From positions 71,982,001 through 72,046,000 of the forward strand of contig NC_090334.1 in assembly GCF_035084215.1 (NCBI RefSeq): a stretch of DNA of 64,000 nt, in the 5' to 3' direction. Source of the DNA: Heptranchias perlo (taxonomy: Eukaryota). Shown in pieces: positions 26,041-40,133 of the stretch. The translations under genes were made by a program, and so were the position numbers. The notes beneath the pieces were generated by a model. The model was not told where the DNA came from. It saw nothing but the letters and a program-made list of their open reading frames with translations, and did no database searches. How positions within the stretch are numbered: position 1 is the first letter of the stretch; the number at the start of each line of letters is the position of its first letter.

Positions 26041-26270
26041 ATGTTTCCTATTTTTTTTAAAAGTTCCTGTGCATTTTGGTACACTTGTTATATATAGGAT
26101 TTCAAAAGGAGTGTAATTAGATATATTCAAAATCCCAGTGATCAGGGAGTTGACATGGAAAAATACAGTGCAGTACTGGTATTCTGCCATTAGATATTTC
26201 TGCACATGATGAATACTCTTCAGTATATTATTAACGTAACAAAGTACAGCTTCTATGACACAAAAATCAT

Positions 26271-26790
26271 TGGATTCGATTTTGACTTTTGGGGCATGTT
26301 AGTCAATCACCTGAACCCGCAGTGAAGAGGCGGCCACGATTTTGAGGCACCGGCCTCATCAAATTGGGCTGGCAAGCTGCTGGGCACCAAACGGGCAACT
26401 CACCAGATTAAGGCAGGCCTATTTCTGGCCGCCTTGGCCACCATCAAGGTAAGTGCGGGTGGGGGGGGCAAGATCGAGGAAGGGAGGTCCCAGATTATTT
26501 TGTGGGGCCTGGATTTCACACTGCTTGGCCTTTTATGTTCTTATCTCTGATGGAAATGATTGGAGCATGCACAGCACACACTCAACCGTTTCCAACCTAA
26601 AATGGCAATCAGGGGTTCTAGTACCCTGACTTGCATATTGAAATAAGCCTGAGAAAGGTGGACGCAGCAGGCCCCTTTCAAAATGGCACCAGCCACATCA
26701 TCATGTTAACCGGACAAAGCTACCGACCCCATTTTAAGGCTGTTACCATCCCATTAATGCCAGGCGTAACAAGTGAAAATCGGCCACATT
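26271..26790. mobile_element. Non-autonomous TIR (MITE-like) element, reverse-oriented relative of 36060-36655
   Basis: gattttgacttt ... agtgaaaatcggcc ends; internal similarity to the reverse complement of 36555-36600. Confidence 0.5.
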
Positions 26791-26849
26791 ACCTCTTGAA
26801 ATCTTCGCAGAGATTTAATTGCCATTCATGGCTAAATGAGATAGTGATT

Positions 26850-28160
26850 TTATTTTTATTCGTTCATGAGATGTGGGCGTCGCTGGCGAGGCCGGCATTT
26901 ATTGCTCATCCCTAATTGCCCTTGAGAAGGTGGTGGTGAACCGCCTTCTTGAACCGCTGCAGTCCATATGGTGATGGTTCTCCCACAGTGCTGTTAGGAA
27001 GGGAGTTCCAGGATTTTGACCCAGCGACGATGAAGGAACGGTGATATATTTCCAAGTCGTGATGGTGTGTGACTTGGAGGGGAACGTGCAGGTGGTGTTG
27101 TTCCCATGTACCTGCTGCTCTTGTCCTTCTAGGTGGTAGAGGTCGCGAGTTTGGGAGGTGCTGTCGAAGAAGCCTTGGCGAGTTGCTGCAGTGCATCCTG
27201 TGGATGGTACACACTGCAGCCACTGTGCGCCGGTGGTTAAGGGAGTGAATGTTTAGGGTGGTGGATGGGGTGCCAGTCAAGCGGGCTGCTTTGTCCTGGA
27301 TGGTGTCGAGCTTCTTGAGTGTTGTCGGAGCTACACTCATCCAGGCAAGTGGAGAGTATTCCATCACACTCCTGACTTGTGCCTTGTACATGGTGGAAAG
27401 GCTTTGGGGAGTCAGGAGGTGAGTCACTCGCCGCAGAATACCCAGCCTCTGACCTGCTCTTGTAGCCACAGTATTTATATGGCTAGTCCAGTTAAGTTTC
27501 TGGTCAATGGTGACCCCCAGGATGTTGATGGTGGGGGATTCGGCGATGGTAACGCCGTTGAATGTCAAGTGGAGGTGGTTAGACTCGCTCTTGTTGGGAG
27601 ATGGTCATTGCCTGGCACTTGTCTGGCGCGAATGTTACTTGCCACTTATGAGCCCAAGTGTGGATGTTGTCCGGGTCTTGCGGCATGCAGGCTCGGACTG
27701 CTTCATTATTTGAGGGGTTGCAAATGGAACTGAACACTGCAATCATCAGCGAACATCCCCATTTCTGACCTTATGATGGAGGGAAGGTCATTGATGAAGC
27801 AGCTGAAGATGGTTGGGCTGAGGAACTCCTGCAGCAATGCCCTGGGGCTGAGATGATTGGCCTCCAACAAGCACTACCATCTTCCTTTGTGCTAGGTATG
27901 ACTCCAGCCATTGGAGAGTTTTCCCCCTGATTCCCATTGACTTCAATTTTACCAGGGCTCCTTGGTGCCACACTCAGTCAAATGCTGCCTTGATGTCAAG
28001 GGCAGTCACTCACACCTCACCTCTGAAATTCAGCTCTTTTGTCCATGTTTGGACTGAGGCTGTAATGAGGTCTAGAGCCAAGTGGTCCTGGCGGAACCCA
28101 AACTGAGCATCGGTGAGCAGGTTATTGGTAAGGGCAACACCTTCCATCACTTTGCTGATG
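26850..28160 (-). mobile_element. Same LINE family as 22978-24068
   Basis: ORF 26912-27568 (218 aa) is nearly identical to the 23298-23777 product. Confidence 0.9.
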
Positions 28161-31100
28161 ATTTGAAAGCATTCCAGCAAATCAACAAGCTATCAGCGCT
28201 GTATCAGACTAAAGTTTCCCATGCTTCATGAAAATGTGCCAATAGGATTGCACTGTTATCATCTCCTGCTTATAACTTTGTTATTTTCCACAAAATATCC
28301 CAGAAATAACACGGTGCAATATTAACATGGAACCACTGAGCACGCTTGTATGAAATTATCTTGTCCACCATTTAATCCATTTTTGTAAAAGCACAATGTA
28401 ATTTCATACCAGCACATTAAGTATTCTGATGCTAATGTCACACAGCATAATTTCTGAGCTCATCTCTTTAAATTAAATCTACAAATATTTATTTTTATTG
28501 TCAGTTTCTGCCCACTTTCCTTTTTAAAAAAAAAATTAGCTATCATTGTGTTGTCATTATCAGTCAGATGCATGTGTTCACACCTCCCTTCAGAAGGAGA
28601 CATAAGCAAAATATTTCAATGAATTCTAATAATTTTCAGTGAAAAAAGTGGTGACTGGTTTCATTGTGTAAAAAATCTACAGGGATAATTTTACAAATTT
28701 GCACTCCTAGAGTTTCTCCTCACAGGCACGTATGATTATCCATCCATTAATATTAACAGATGGAAAATCATGGCGACTACTCCCAATTCCCAATATACAC
28801 TGTCAATGGGCTTCAACACCAGGAATTCAAATTCAGAAGAATTACCCTTATTTGGGTTAGAACTCTGTTACTATTGCTTTCTGTTTGAAGGGGTTGTTTG
28901 GAAGGGAGAGGGACTGATAACTAGCAGTAGTGATACAGGAAGTGGAAATGTGTCGAGGAATTAACTCTGTGACACAAAGATCCACTTTTCACTGCTGATA
29001 AAAAAACTGCCGAGATGTATATAGTTACCAAGCCAATGTTGTCTAAATAGATCATTCCTTTTGCAAACCTGATTACATTTTAATAACTCTTTTCGAATTC
29101 CATTTGGCTATTACATTATAAAGGCGATGCAAATTAAATTTCACAAGTGAAACATCACCCATTTACAAATTTTTTTGAATTTCAAACTCCATTTCTTGGT
29201 TAATGTAAAACTTCACTAAATTTACTTTCTGTCGGTGAAAAGTTTCATTTGATACTGGACTGAGTTGTAGACCAACGTGCAAAGATTGTACAGACAAGAA
29301 CTGTGTTGAGTTCTTACTGCCTCATTAAAAATGGGTATAGATCCCAGGCAGGTGGATTCCCAGAGACCTGGATAAAAGTGAAGTGTATCTCATAGCGGCA
29401 GCATGAAGGAACTGGGTTTGCTTGGGATCAGCCTGCATTTCAATGGGTGCCTGCTCAATGAAACACCAAGAGTTAACATTCAGTTTATATTAGAAGTTGG
29501 AGGAGAATGGTAAGTGCAGCGGTCTGCAAGCTGGATCCTGTTTCACAGTGCTAATCTGCAACTTGCACTTTGCTCCCCACCGCCCCTCCGAACAGAAGGC
29601 ATGCACTATCTATAACTCAGTAATCATATATATTCAAGGTTCGGTATGTCGTTTTCTATCTTTCAGCAGTTTCCATGTGCTGTTCTTTAAATGTTGAAGC
29701 TACCTGTCCCTCCCCACCCAGCTTCAAATCTTGGAGACCAGTATATCTATGCATTTAATACATGAAGTAAGTAACTTTCAGGAGTTCTCCTTCCATACAA
29801 AACCATACTTTTTCCAGATTTTCTTACTGTGGTGAAGGACTTCTGAAGTGAAATTCTGAATTTTTAAAAAAAAATTCAGATAAGGTCTTAGCCTAAACAA
29901 TCATTGTTAGTGTCTAAAATCTTAACAGGCAGTAGCAAAAATTATAGTAGATAAGTTTAGGCTCTGACTCCTGGTGATTTGCCAGATTGAGGCATATACC
30001 CATTGATTTACACATAGAAATTTAGCTTGAAGTTAATCCACTGCCTAAATCACTAAAGAAAGAAAAATGCATTTAAGTGGGTCATTTATTAAAACTGTAA
30101 TCTTCTAAAGTTTTGATTCCTGAATATGTGCCTGAAATGATATCATCCTATTTGAAAATGCTTCCATGGCCTCAAGTAAGCTGTTCCACTGCTGATACGA
30201 TAAGATGGCAGAAACATGTTGTGCAGTATCAGCTGCTGCTGCTGTTGTCCTCGGTTCATTTGATTAAAAGTACTTTAGCACCTTGAATTACGTAAATGTT
30301 CCATGCATTGTATTCGCAATTGTTGATAACTAATTCAAAAGAAAACTTAAGATTTTCTTTATAGAATGCAGCCAGAGGGAAGTTCTGACCAGCACAAACA
30401 AAAATTACTAAAAATTGTTCATAAGTTGAATCAATCATAACCTTCACATTATCTGTTCAATGTTTGAGGACATCCTTTGGAAAACTTCATGTAACAAGAA
30501 GGGAGCAACACAAATTTGCAGTAAACAGAGTGTGTATTATTTTGTGTATTTCAGAATTGGATTTTAATACAGAATCCTTTACTTGCCTGTTTTTTTTTAA
30601 AGGATGCTATTAGTTTAAGGATGCACTTTAATTTCATTATTATTTTGCTTTGAAAATGTACCTCAGCTGCCCTGAACATGACTTAAATTCACTTTTTTTT
30701 CCTCACCAATTTTCTCTTCTCCCCTCAGTTCCTCTCTTGAAGGTGTTGATTCCATGTTGGGCTATGACTCCAGGCACTCTCCCATACCTAGTTGAGGTAA
30801 CCATTCTTCATGCTTAAAGCTGAGTGCTGTCAAGCTATTCAACAATGGGGCATCACAGTTTAGCCTGATCCTGCCTTCACCCAATGAACTTCCAGCACAT
30901 GCTGCTGGATATGGAGTGGAAACTCTGGCTACTTTTCTCCCCCTAACCAAGGGACACTGAGACCAATTGCAGAGCTCCTGTGACTGCCCATGCTGAGATC
31001 AGCTAAAGTAGCACGGAAAGGGGATCAAATATGGCCCAGCAACTCACTGAGTAAACTTGGTGAGTCACTGGTGGAACCAAATTATTCTTTTTAAAGTTAC

Positions 31101-34100
31101 AGTAAGATTTTCTACATAATTGTAACAGTTTATAATTTAAGGAGCACAATGATGTGTACAAAATTAACACGCACACACACCTGTGCATCTCAGTGTGGTG
31201 AATGAGCTGTCCAGATAGTTTCTTGAAGACTACCGCCTATATATTAACCTGCATTCAAATCCAAAAGTCTTGCACATAAAATGAATATGTCGCGAATCCT
31301 CCCCCAGGTCTAACCAGTGCTAAACAAAGGACAGAGACATTATTGAAAATCTCAAGTAAAGAAAACACATGATTTTTTTTCTTTATGTGTGTATTTTGTT
31401 TTTTTATAACATAATAATAAGCTCTGGTATATCTTGTAAATCATACTTGCTACTAAAACGTCTGTAAAGTGACAACACCTGATTCCTGTACATGTTTTGT
31501 GGATACAAGTTATCATTCTCAAAAACAAAGGAGCATATGTTTTGTACAGATTTATATACAAAATACAATGTATTTAATGTTTTAGGCAAGGTAAAGGTTA
31601 GTTATATAGTAATAACATTGTAACTGTTTTCAGTTCCGACTGCATTCCTCTTATTTGGTCATTAATTCTAATATCTCATGCTGAAAATTTGAAGTGTTAA
31701 GTGCCTTAGCCATATTTCATTTTATTTCTGTATACTGTTGCAGAATGTAACTTTTAAGAAGCATTTTCTACACTGTACCATATAAAGTGCAAATTCTCTG
31801 CCCTGTGGAGCAGTTTTGGGTATTTGTTAGGAATCAACCAATACCACATATTTCCCAGTCACTATGGGTTGAGACTAATGTTGTAATTTCCCAACCTTGC
31901 ATTGCTTTAAAATAGTGGTCAGAAAACCCTAAGCATCTGAATTCTTGATAGGTGCCCTTAGTGGATGAAGCTCCCTACTAGGAGCATAAAGAAAAATTAC
32001 CATTTAAGTATCCATATAGCTGAGAGCACTACAATGATTTATATGGGAATTTTAATCATTCTCTAGTATATTCATTGTAAAGGAATTGCATCATGATTCC
32101 TTTGGCTATACTGTTTTAATCTCAAAGCTACAATATTTAGATTATAGGTTATTCTCATTAACACTACTCATTATCCTACAGTCATTTATTATAGGTGTAT
32201 TAAATGGAACTTAAAAACATATACGGTACATTGGTCTAATTATTATCAGGTTTGCACTGAGATTTGACTTTATTGGTACTTGGGCTGTGCAACCTGAAGA
32301 CCAAGCGCATCAGAAAGCTTACCCTTTTGATCAGAAAATCACTTGCTTTAATGATCCCTTCTCAGCCAGTATCTTTGCTGTCAATCTGGTAACCTAGGAT
32401 CTGGTATTGGTTGATTTCTGGTATTTATAACTATTTATCAGTTGTCATGCAAACTACAAACACTGAACGAAGCCCATAAGTCTGCATTGTTTGAAGAATA
32501 AAACAGCTGCTACAAAGAAGCGGTCGTGTTCCCAGGAATTTTTCAGCAGCAGTGAAATCCTTCTCCCATCCATTCCCAACATCTGGAATCATGAAACCAA
32601 GGTGTGGAGGAATGAGGATGATTTGTATTGTGTAAAATTCATTTGAAATCAGAGCAGATGTGTCTGAACCTGATTTCTGTACTGACATACATTCTGCTTC
32701 AAATGCATTGCAAAAAGAGGCAAATCAAATATAGGTGAACGGATTAACGTTCAGTAGCTGATTTGCTTGCATAGAATACCAGAGGTGATGTGGGAATCAG
32801 TGCATGCTAGGGAAAGTACTGGACATCCTCCAGAGCTTCCAACACCTAGCTTGCTCAGTTGACGAAGGACACATTTGATACTGGTCAAGATGACTGCAGT
32901 ACCGGATTTTCCCATGAGGTGGAATGCTGCTTCCACAAGAAATGCCACTTACTGGCATTAGCTAGAACCTGATACAACCTGTCATGTGTGCCTTCCAATT
33001 GGTTCCAGTTATTGCATCAAATATTACATTGCCTAGACACCTGGTGTGGGTTGGCACTGCCCATAGAAAGTGTCACTGTTCTAAAAATATGCTGTTGTCT
33101 AGAAAAGTCAACCACTCCATCAGGCATGAATTTATCACTTTCATCCTTGGAAATAAAACTGGCTGTAACTCCACAACATTCTCTGTCTTTCTTTTGCATG
33201 CGGGGTTTTTCTTTTGCTCTTTATAATGTAGCAATTGTAGCTTTTACGTATGTGGTTTCAAAATGATGCAAAACTTTTTTTCCACCGTTGTATTGAAATT
33301 CTTGGGCCAAAAGTCCTTATCCCATCCCAGGGCACTCCAGCCATAATTCTGGCTTGGCCCAGTAGTTTTGTGGCTTTTGCTGGGGACAGATCCTCTGCCC
33401 ACCCTAAAGAAGGGCATTGAGACAGAACATTCCTGCATCCCCAGCCTGCGAAATGGCAATTGGGGGATCATTGGCTAGTACACCCAGAATGGCAATTGTA
33501 GGGCTCACTGGGGTCCACGTCTGGGATGCGGTTTGGACCCCCAAAGATTTTTGCCAACTGAACTATTATTTTGGCCCATTTACAAAACCGGAGTGGGTGA
33601 CTGACATTTCTCTCAAGAGGGGGCCCAGACAACCCTTCCTGAAGCAGGCTGACTTCAAACAGGATTCCTGGCCTCCTGGGACAGGTGGATGACCTATATG
33701 TGCCTCTAGTGCCGTGAGTGTGATAGAACTAGAACCAACTGCTTCATTTTCCATATTACTTCATCAAATTACATAATGCAACTAACTGCATAAAAATCAT
33801 TGGTGCAACTTATTTACCTTGCCCTGAAAATCCATGGGACCAGTTACTCTATAGTTGCGCTCTAGAGGTGGTACTTCTGCCATAACGCAAGGCAAGCTCA
33901 TTTATAAAGCCATTGGCATGCCAAAAGCACAACTTCTGTGTGACATGGGAGTACTGCGCCAGGGGGACGACGATAGAAACTTGTTCATCAGCCTTTAAAA
34001 TGATTCAGATACCGAGAAGTGCAAACTGTAGGAGCTGCAGGTAAGTGATTGTTGTATCAGAGTGCATTGAGTGTCAGCTTTTCTCCATAGATGTCTTACC

Positions 34101-34119
34101 AGAGATTTTCTGCAATTTA

Positions 34120-34650
34120 ATAAGAATGGATTAGCAGCTAGCATAAAAGGAAACCCAAAAGTCTTTCATAAACTCATAAATAGTAAAAGGGTAGTCAAAG
34201 GAAAGGTGGGGCCGATTAGGGACAAAAAAGATGGGGTTGTTCTCCTTACAGCAGAGAAGGCTAAAAGCAGATTTGATAGAGGTGTTCAAAATCATTAACA
34301 TTTTTGATAGTGACTAAGGAGAAACTGTTTCCAGTGGCAGAAGGGTCGGTAATCAGGACACAGATCTAGGACGATTGGCAAAAGAACCAGAGGCGACATG
34401 AGGAAACATTTTTTTAAAGCAGCGAGTTGTTATGATCTGGGATGCACTGCCTGAAAGGGTGGTGGAAACAGATTCAATAGTAACTTTCAAAAAGGAATTG
34501 GATAAATACTTGAAGGGAAAAAATTTACAGGGCTATGGGGAAAGAGCAGGGGAATGGGACTAATTGGGTAGCTCTTTCAAAGTGCCGGCACAGGCACGAT
34601 GGGCCGAATGGTCTCCTTCTGTGCTGTACCACACTATAATACTATGATAT
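34120..34650 (+). mobile_element. Internally deleted CR1
   Basis: Matches 5835-5940, then jumps at ~34232 to sequence matching 7225-7640. Confidence 0.8.
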
Positions 34651-36059
34651 ATGCAAAGAGAAAGGATTTGTGTGAGATTACTGACCATTTGCAGAACACA
34701 TCTAGCCAGTAATGATGTAGTAACAAGACTGAACTAAGTTTTGAGAAACAGCTCAAAGACATTTGTCTGTAAGCCAAAATAAGTTATTCTTACCACTGAC
34801 ACATCATAGGTAAGCATGTCGTTGGAATATGTGTAGTTTTCGAAAGGTTTCGCAAAGTTTCTCTCTGCGCCCCAAAGCTAAATTAACCAAAAGTCGAGAG
34901 TACTGTCAATCTCACATCTTACATTATTCATCCTTAACATTTCCAGTCCCAGGAACATTCATATTCTATACACCATTGCTAGCCATAAATTCATTCAGCC
35001 TTTTAACTGCTGTTGCTTATGCGCAGTATTTATTCCACATGGACACTCAATGGGGGAATAATATTCTTTTATCTCTTCTTGTTTAAGAATATTATATCCC
35101 AGTCCTCCAATTCTGAACTCACTACCCAAATAAAATAACTTATTTGCAATTAAATTATCCATTTTTTTCCCAGCAAAGTCCACAGTGGAGCCAACTGTAC
35201 ACAGAATAGTGTGCATGTCAAGTGTCCTTTTCTCATCCTGTGCTTTATATATTCCATGGCTTCACCTCCCACTGCTTCTACTATTTGAATCTGTAAAAAG
35301 TGATGTTTCTTTACAAAATGAAATCATTGCAATGACAAGAAAATAATTGTTACTTTGCCTCTCAAAGGTAATTTGGACAGTATATAGGTTCATCTAGGAT
35401 GAACTAGCAAAAGAGAATATTAACAGTTTGCACACCAATATTTCCAACAAACATGCTGGCAAAACAAAAAAAACTACACATTAATAAATTAATTCAGAGA
35501 CCAGTCATTGTCTTGTTGGACACTCGTTAATTTTGTACTCATGTCCTCCAATTCTTTGATCATTTCACACACTTTGAAGGTTTTGCCACAGTTGTCTTTT
35601 CAGTCGTCATCTGCACACAATTTGAAGTTGGTCATTTTTAATGTATCACCCAGATACATTTCCATTCAACAAGCACAGAATAAAAGATTTTATGCACGTC
35701 AGTTGTCTCAATGAAGAAAGTTGAGTTTTTATATTTGCCTGGACTAGTTTCAATTACCTAAGGGGGTCTCGCCTAAGAGGAGGTCAGAGAGGAATTTTCC
35801 AGTTTTTGTCCCCCTAATTGGCCTCGGTTTTAATGTTTTTTTGCCTCTCCCAGGAGATTACATGACTTCCGGGTGGGTGGGGAGTGTCTGTATTGTGATG
35901 CTCCCAAGAAAATCATGGTGGGCGAAGTGATTGGAAAGAAAAGTGCTCAGGTTAGTTGTCTGGTGGAATGGGGCGGGGGCGGTGGGTGGGGGGGATGAAA
36001 GGCACTGCATCTGTGGGAAGTCTGTAGTAATAGGGAAAAAGAGGGAAAGCAGAAAACTG

Positions 36060-36655
36060 TGGGGTTGATTTTCACTTGGGAAAATCGGCATTAACGGGTT
36101 GGTACGGGCCTAAAAATTAGGTTGGTAGTGTTAACCCCAACGATGGCCCTGCTGTAACTTTCACAGAGGCCTATCGCTGGGCAGCCAAAGCACCTGCTTG
36201 AAACAAGCAGTCAGCCTCTTCCCTATGCAAATCAGGGTCCTAATGACGTAGTTAGAACCCCCATCGCAATCTCAAAGGACATATGGAGGGAGCTTGCGAT
36301 GAGCATACTCCGCCCGTGTGTACTGGCGTTCTGGTCAGAAAAAAATTGATTTTTTTCTTGGAGCTGAAAGCAACAAGCATGCTCCTCCTAGTTCCACAAG
36401 AATAGTAAGGGTCGCAGCTGGCCCAGCCTCACCCCACCGCAGCATTGCGTCTCCCCTCCCCAAGTTATCTGTGGGCCTCTGTCTGCATCCCAGCTGGCTG
36501 ACGTTATTAAGGCCAAGGAGCGGCGAGCTGCATCAGGATGGCTGTTTAGTAGCCACAGCTCGCCTGCCAAATTTAAATGATGCCACGGCCTCAAAATCGC
36601 AGTCGCCTCTTCACCATCGGAAGGGCGGGCCGGCCAGAAGTCAAAGACGACCCCA
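36060..36655. mobile_element. Non-autonomous TIR (MITE-like) element
   Basis: Imperfect terminal inverted repeats tggggttgattttcactt / aagtcaaagacgacccca. Confidence 0.5.
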
Positions 36656-36660
36656 TGAGG

Positions 36661-37545
36661 AAGAACATAAGAAATAGGAGCAGGAGTTGGCCATACGGCC
36701 CCGCGAGCCTGCTCTGCCATTTAATAAGATCATGGCTGATCTTCGACTTCAACTCCACTTTTCCACCCGATCCCCGTATCCCTTGATTCCCTTAAGAGTC
36801 CAAGAATCTATCAGTTTCAGCCTTGAATATACTCAATGACTTGGCATCCACGGCCCTCTGAGGTATTAAATTCCAAAGACTCAACCCTCTGAGTGAAGAA
36901 ATTTCTCCTCATCTCAGTCCTAAATGGTTGACCCCTTATCCTGAGACTATGTCCCCTAGTTCTAGATTCTCCAGCCAGGGGAAACAGCCGCTCAGCAGCT
37001 ACCCTGTCAAGCCCTTAGAATCTTATATGTTTCAATGAGATCACCTCTCATTCTTCTAAACTCCAGAGAGTATAGGCCCATTCTACTCAATCTCTCCTGA
37101 TAGTCTCATTCCAGGAATCAATCTAGTGAACCTTTGCTGCACTGCCTCTAAGGCAAGCATATCCTTCCTTAGCTAAGGAGACCAAAAATGTACACAGTAC
37201 TCCAGGTGTGGTTTCACCAAGGCTCTGTACAATTGCAGCAAGACTTCCTTACTCTTTTACTCTAACCCCCTTGCAATAAAGGCCAACATACCATTTGCCT
37301 TCCTAATCGCTTGCTGTACCTGCATGTTAACTTTCTGTGTTTCGTGTACAACGACACCCAAATTCCTCTGAACACCAACATTTAACAGTTTCTCACCATT
37401 TAAAAAATATTCTGTTTTTCTATTCTTCCTTCCAAAGTGAATAACCTCACATTTCCCCACATTATACTCCATCTGCCACCTTCTTGCCCACTCACTTAAC
37501 CTGTCTATATCCCTTTGCAGACTGTCTTCCTCACAACTTGCTGGT
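36661..37545 (-). mobile_element. CR1 LINE 3' fragment
   Basis: [30 protein letters not shown]; aagaacataagaa tail. Confidence 0.9.
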
Positions 37546-37601
37546 GATTTGGTGACCGGAAGCAGTCTAGAACACAGCCATCCCATTTACATACATAGTA
37601 T

Positions 37602-37905
37602 CAGCCTTGGCTCAGCAGTACCACCCTCGCCTCAGAGTCAGAAGATCATGGGTTCAGGTCCCACTCCGGTTCAGCGCAGTACCGGAGTGCTGCGCTGTCA
37701 GAGGTGCCATCTTTCAGCTAAGACGTAAACTAAGGCATCAAGTGCCCTCTCAGGTGGATGTAAAAGACCCCATGGCACTGTTTCGAAGAGTAGAGGTGTT
37801 CTCCCCGGTGTCCTGGCCAATATTTATCCCTCAACCAACTTCACTAATAACGAGCATTCTGAGGCTGTGAAAAGCACTGTATAAATGGAAGTTCATTCTT
37901 CTTTA
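37602..37905 (+). mobile_element. DeuSINE-like SINE
   Basis: tRNA-like head (ttggctcag...gggttcaggtccc) plus ctctcaggtggatgtaaaagaccccatggcact...ccccggtgtcctggccaa. Confidence 0.75.
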
Positions 37906-38059
37906 TAAACCCATTTCAGATTGGGAGCAAACCAGCACCAGGTGGGCACAGAAGAAAAGCATGTGGCAGTAGTAGGCTACAGAAACAATTGGGCAAAAGG
38001 CACCACAAGAAGACTTGGCTGAAGAGGCTTTAACATCCAATAGTACCTTTAATGCAGAA

Positions 38060-38420
38060 AAACATCTCAAAGCAATTCAAAGGCATAATCAAAAAAATAT
38101 ACACTGAGCCAAAGGAGAAGATATTAGGAGGGTTGACCACAAGCCTGGTCAGGGGTGGGTTTTAAAGGAGGAGGAAGATGAAGAGGCAGAGGGGTTTTGG
38201 GAGGGAATTCTAGACACTGGGGTCTAGATGGCTGAAGGCACAACTGTTAATGGTGGGGTGAAGTGAGGGGGGCTACACAAGAATGCAGAGTCTGAGGAAT
38301 GGAGAATTTTGGGGGGGGGTGGGTATGGCAGTTTGTACAACTGAGGTAAGTTGGAGAGCAAGAAGGGAAAGGGCATGAAGGGATTGAAACACAAGGATAA
38401 GCATTTTAAATTTAAGACAT
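38060..38420 (-). mobile_element. Degenerate L2 3' fragment
   Basis: Reverse similarity to 17500-17830. Confidence 0.55.
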
Positions 38421-39119
38421 TGGTGGGGGGGGGGGGGGGGGGTGAATACGGAAGTTGGGCGGTAGATGGTTACATGGGAATGGGGTCAAGGCAGAAGATC
38501 GGAGATAAACTGAAGTGAGGTAGAGGTTCAAGGCTAGGGCAACAGAGGCAGCTGAACAGATAGCTTCTTTACTCTTTGTTAGCAAGATAGAGGCAAAGTG
38601 TTATCCTAGGCTCTCCATGAGGACCCTAGAGTAGTGGGTGGTTTTTATAGTGAGGCCTAGTAAAACTTGGTGTGGTCTAGTCAGATCTGGTTATCTACCA
38701 GATACGCTCAAATTTGCACCTCTTGGACATGAGGGATCAAAGATGGAGGTCAGACTAGGGGGAAGGACCACAGAGGGAGAAAGTGAAGGTTTTGCTAGGG
38801 TCAAGGGCATCAAAGATGGACACGAGGGAGTGATTGAGTAAACTGCAGAGATTGTGGGGCAAATAGAGGGCCAGTTGGGGGTTTACAAGAGCACTTGTAA
38901 ACAACTTGGGAAGTTTTTTTTTTCTGCAGGGGTTGATATAAAAGGAAGTGGGGCTGGAAGGGGATGTCAGTGGTGACAGATATAAGGAAGAGGTCAGAAA
39001 TAGCCAAAGGGAACAAATAATAAAAAAAGTAAGGCCACCACATCTTTTGGGGTGGGACCAGGGTAGCACATGATCAGGGAAGAATACTTTTATTCACATT
39101 CACCCTGAACAATAAATAT

Positions 39120-39378
39120 CACCATAAACCAAAAGGTGACATAAGGAAAAACTTTTATTTTAAAAACACAGCGAGTGGTTGGGATCTGGAATGTATTGCC
39201 AGAGGGAGTGGTGGAGGCAGATTCAATCTTGGCCTTCAAGTACATGAAAGGAAAAAATTTGCAGGGATACTGGGATAGGGCAGGGGAGTGGGACTAGCTG
39301 GATTGATCTTGCATTGAGCCAGCACGAACTCGATGAGCTGAATGGCCTCCTCCCATGCTGTAACCTATGATTCTATGA
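39120..39378 (+). mobile_element. CR1 3' tail
   Basis: cagcgagtggtt..atctggaatg...ggcctcc...ctatgattctatga. Confidence 0.8.
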
Positions 39379-39807
39379 AACACAATCTTTTTGGGGCTGA
39401 GCCCTATCTAGTAAAACTTAGCTAGAGAGCTGGAAAGCTAGTGGGTGCCCAAAGGCCTTCGAAGCACTCAAGACAGATGAGCAGACAGGCCGGGAGGTAT
39501 TGGTAGTGGGTCAGGCCAGGCAGCCGAGGCCGAATGCTTGAAGGCAGGGACAGGGAGCAACAACAGTCTCCTCCCACTTTCTTGTGTCTTCCCTCCAAAG
39601 GCCAGGTACACAGCCTGGGAGTAGCCACCCACCCATGGCAGAGTTTGAATGGCATGTCAACAACTGGGAAGAGGCTCAGAATTGGGAGGCATTAAACCAG
39701 TTCATTCCCCAGTTTAAAAATATCATAGTGTTGTAACCATTATGGAAACATCTAAAATCTTAAGCCTAGATTTAAAACAAAAACACATACAACTTGTAAT
39801 TCATCTG

Positions 39808-39813
39808 TTTATT
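39808..39813 (-). terminator. Polyadenylation signal, NPC2 copy A
   Basis: AATAAA on - about 235 nt after the stop; conserved at the paralogous position in copy B. Confidence 0.7.
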
Positions 39814-40046
39814 GATCCACCTATGTTAATTTACAAATCCAATCTTTGTATTAAAGCCAAGGACAGATCACAATGAAATTCTAGAAATCATGTTCTAAAG
39901 TTACAAATTAGTGCAAAATTTTGTAAAAATATGAACAGATTCTCCATTTAAACAAAGTTTGGCTTAATTTCCTATTGTGCAGCTGGCCACACAGTATCCA
40001 AATGCAACCATCAACTGTTATTGGAGTTAGTGATCAGTGATCTGGT

Positions 40047-40133
40047 TTAGCTAGAAATCTCAACAGGGATCATCCAGCAGAAGATGTCATTGCCATTGTC
40101 GTCCTTCAGTTCCCATTTAACCACCAACTTAAC
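40047..40133 (-). CDS. NPC2: NPC2 copy A exon 4 with stop
   Basis: cccag|GTTAAG...AGC TAA; KLVVKWELKDDNGNDIFCWMIPVEISS. Confidence 0.93.
   Translation of the reverse strand, partial: VKLVVKWELKDDNGNDIFCWMIPVEISS

Noticed and set aside
37602-37690. tRNA-like sequence (also ~3980-4045 on - and ~59407)
   Set aside because: These are SINE heads followed by a Deu-like core, with no complete cloverleaf.
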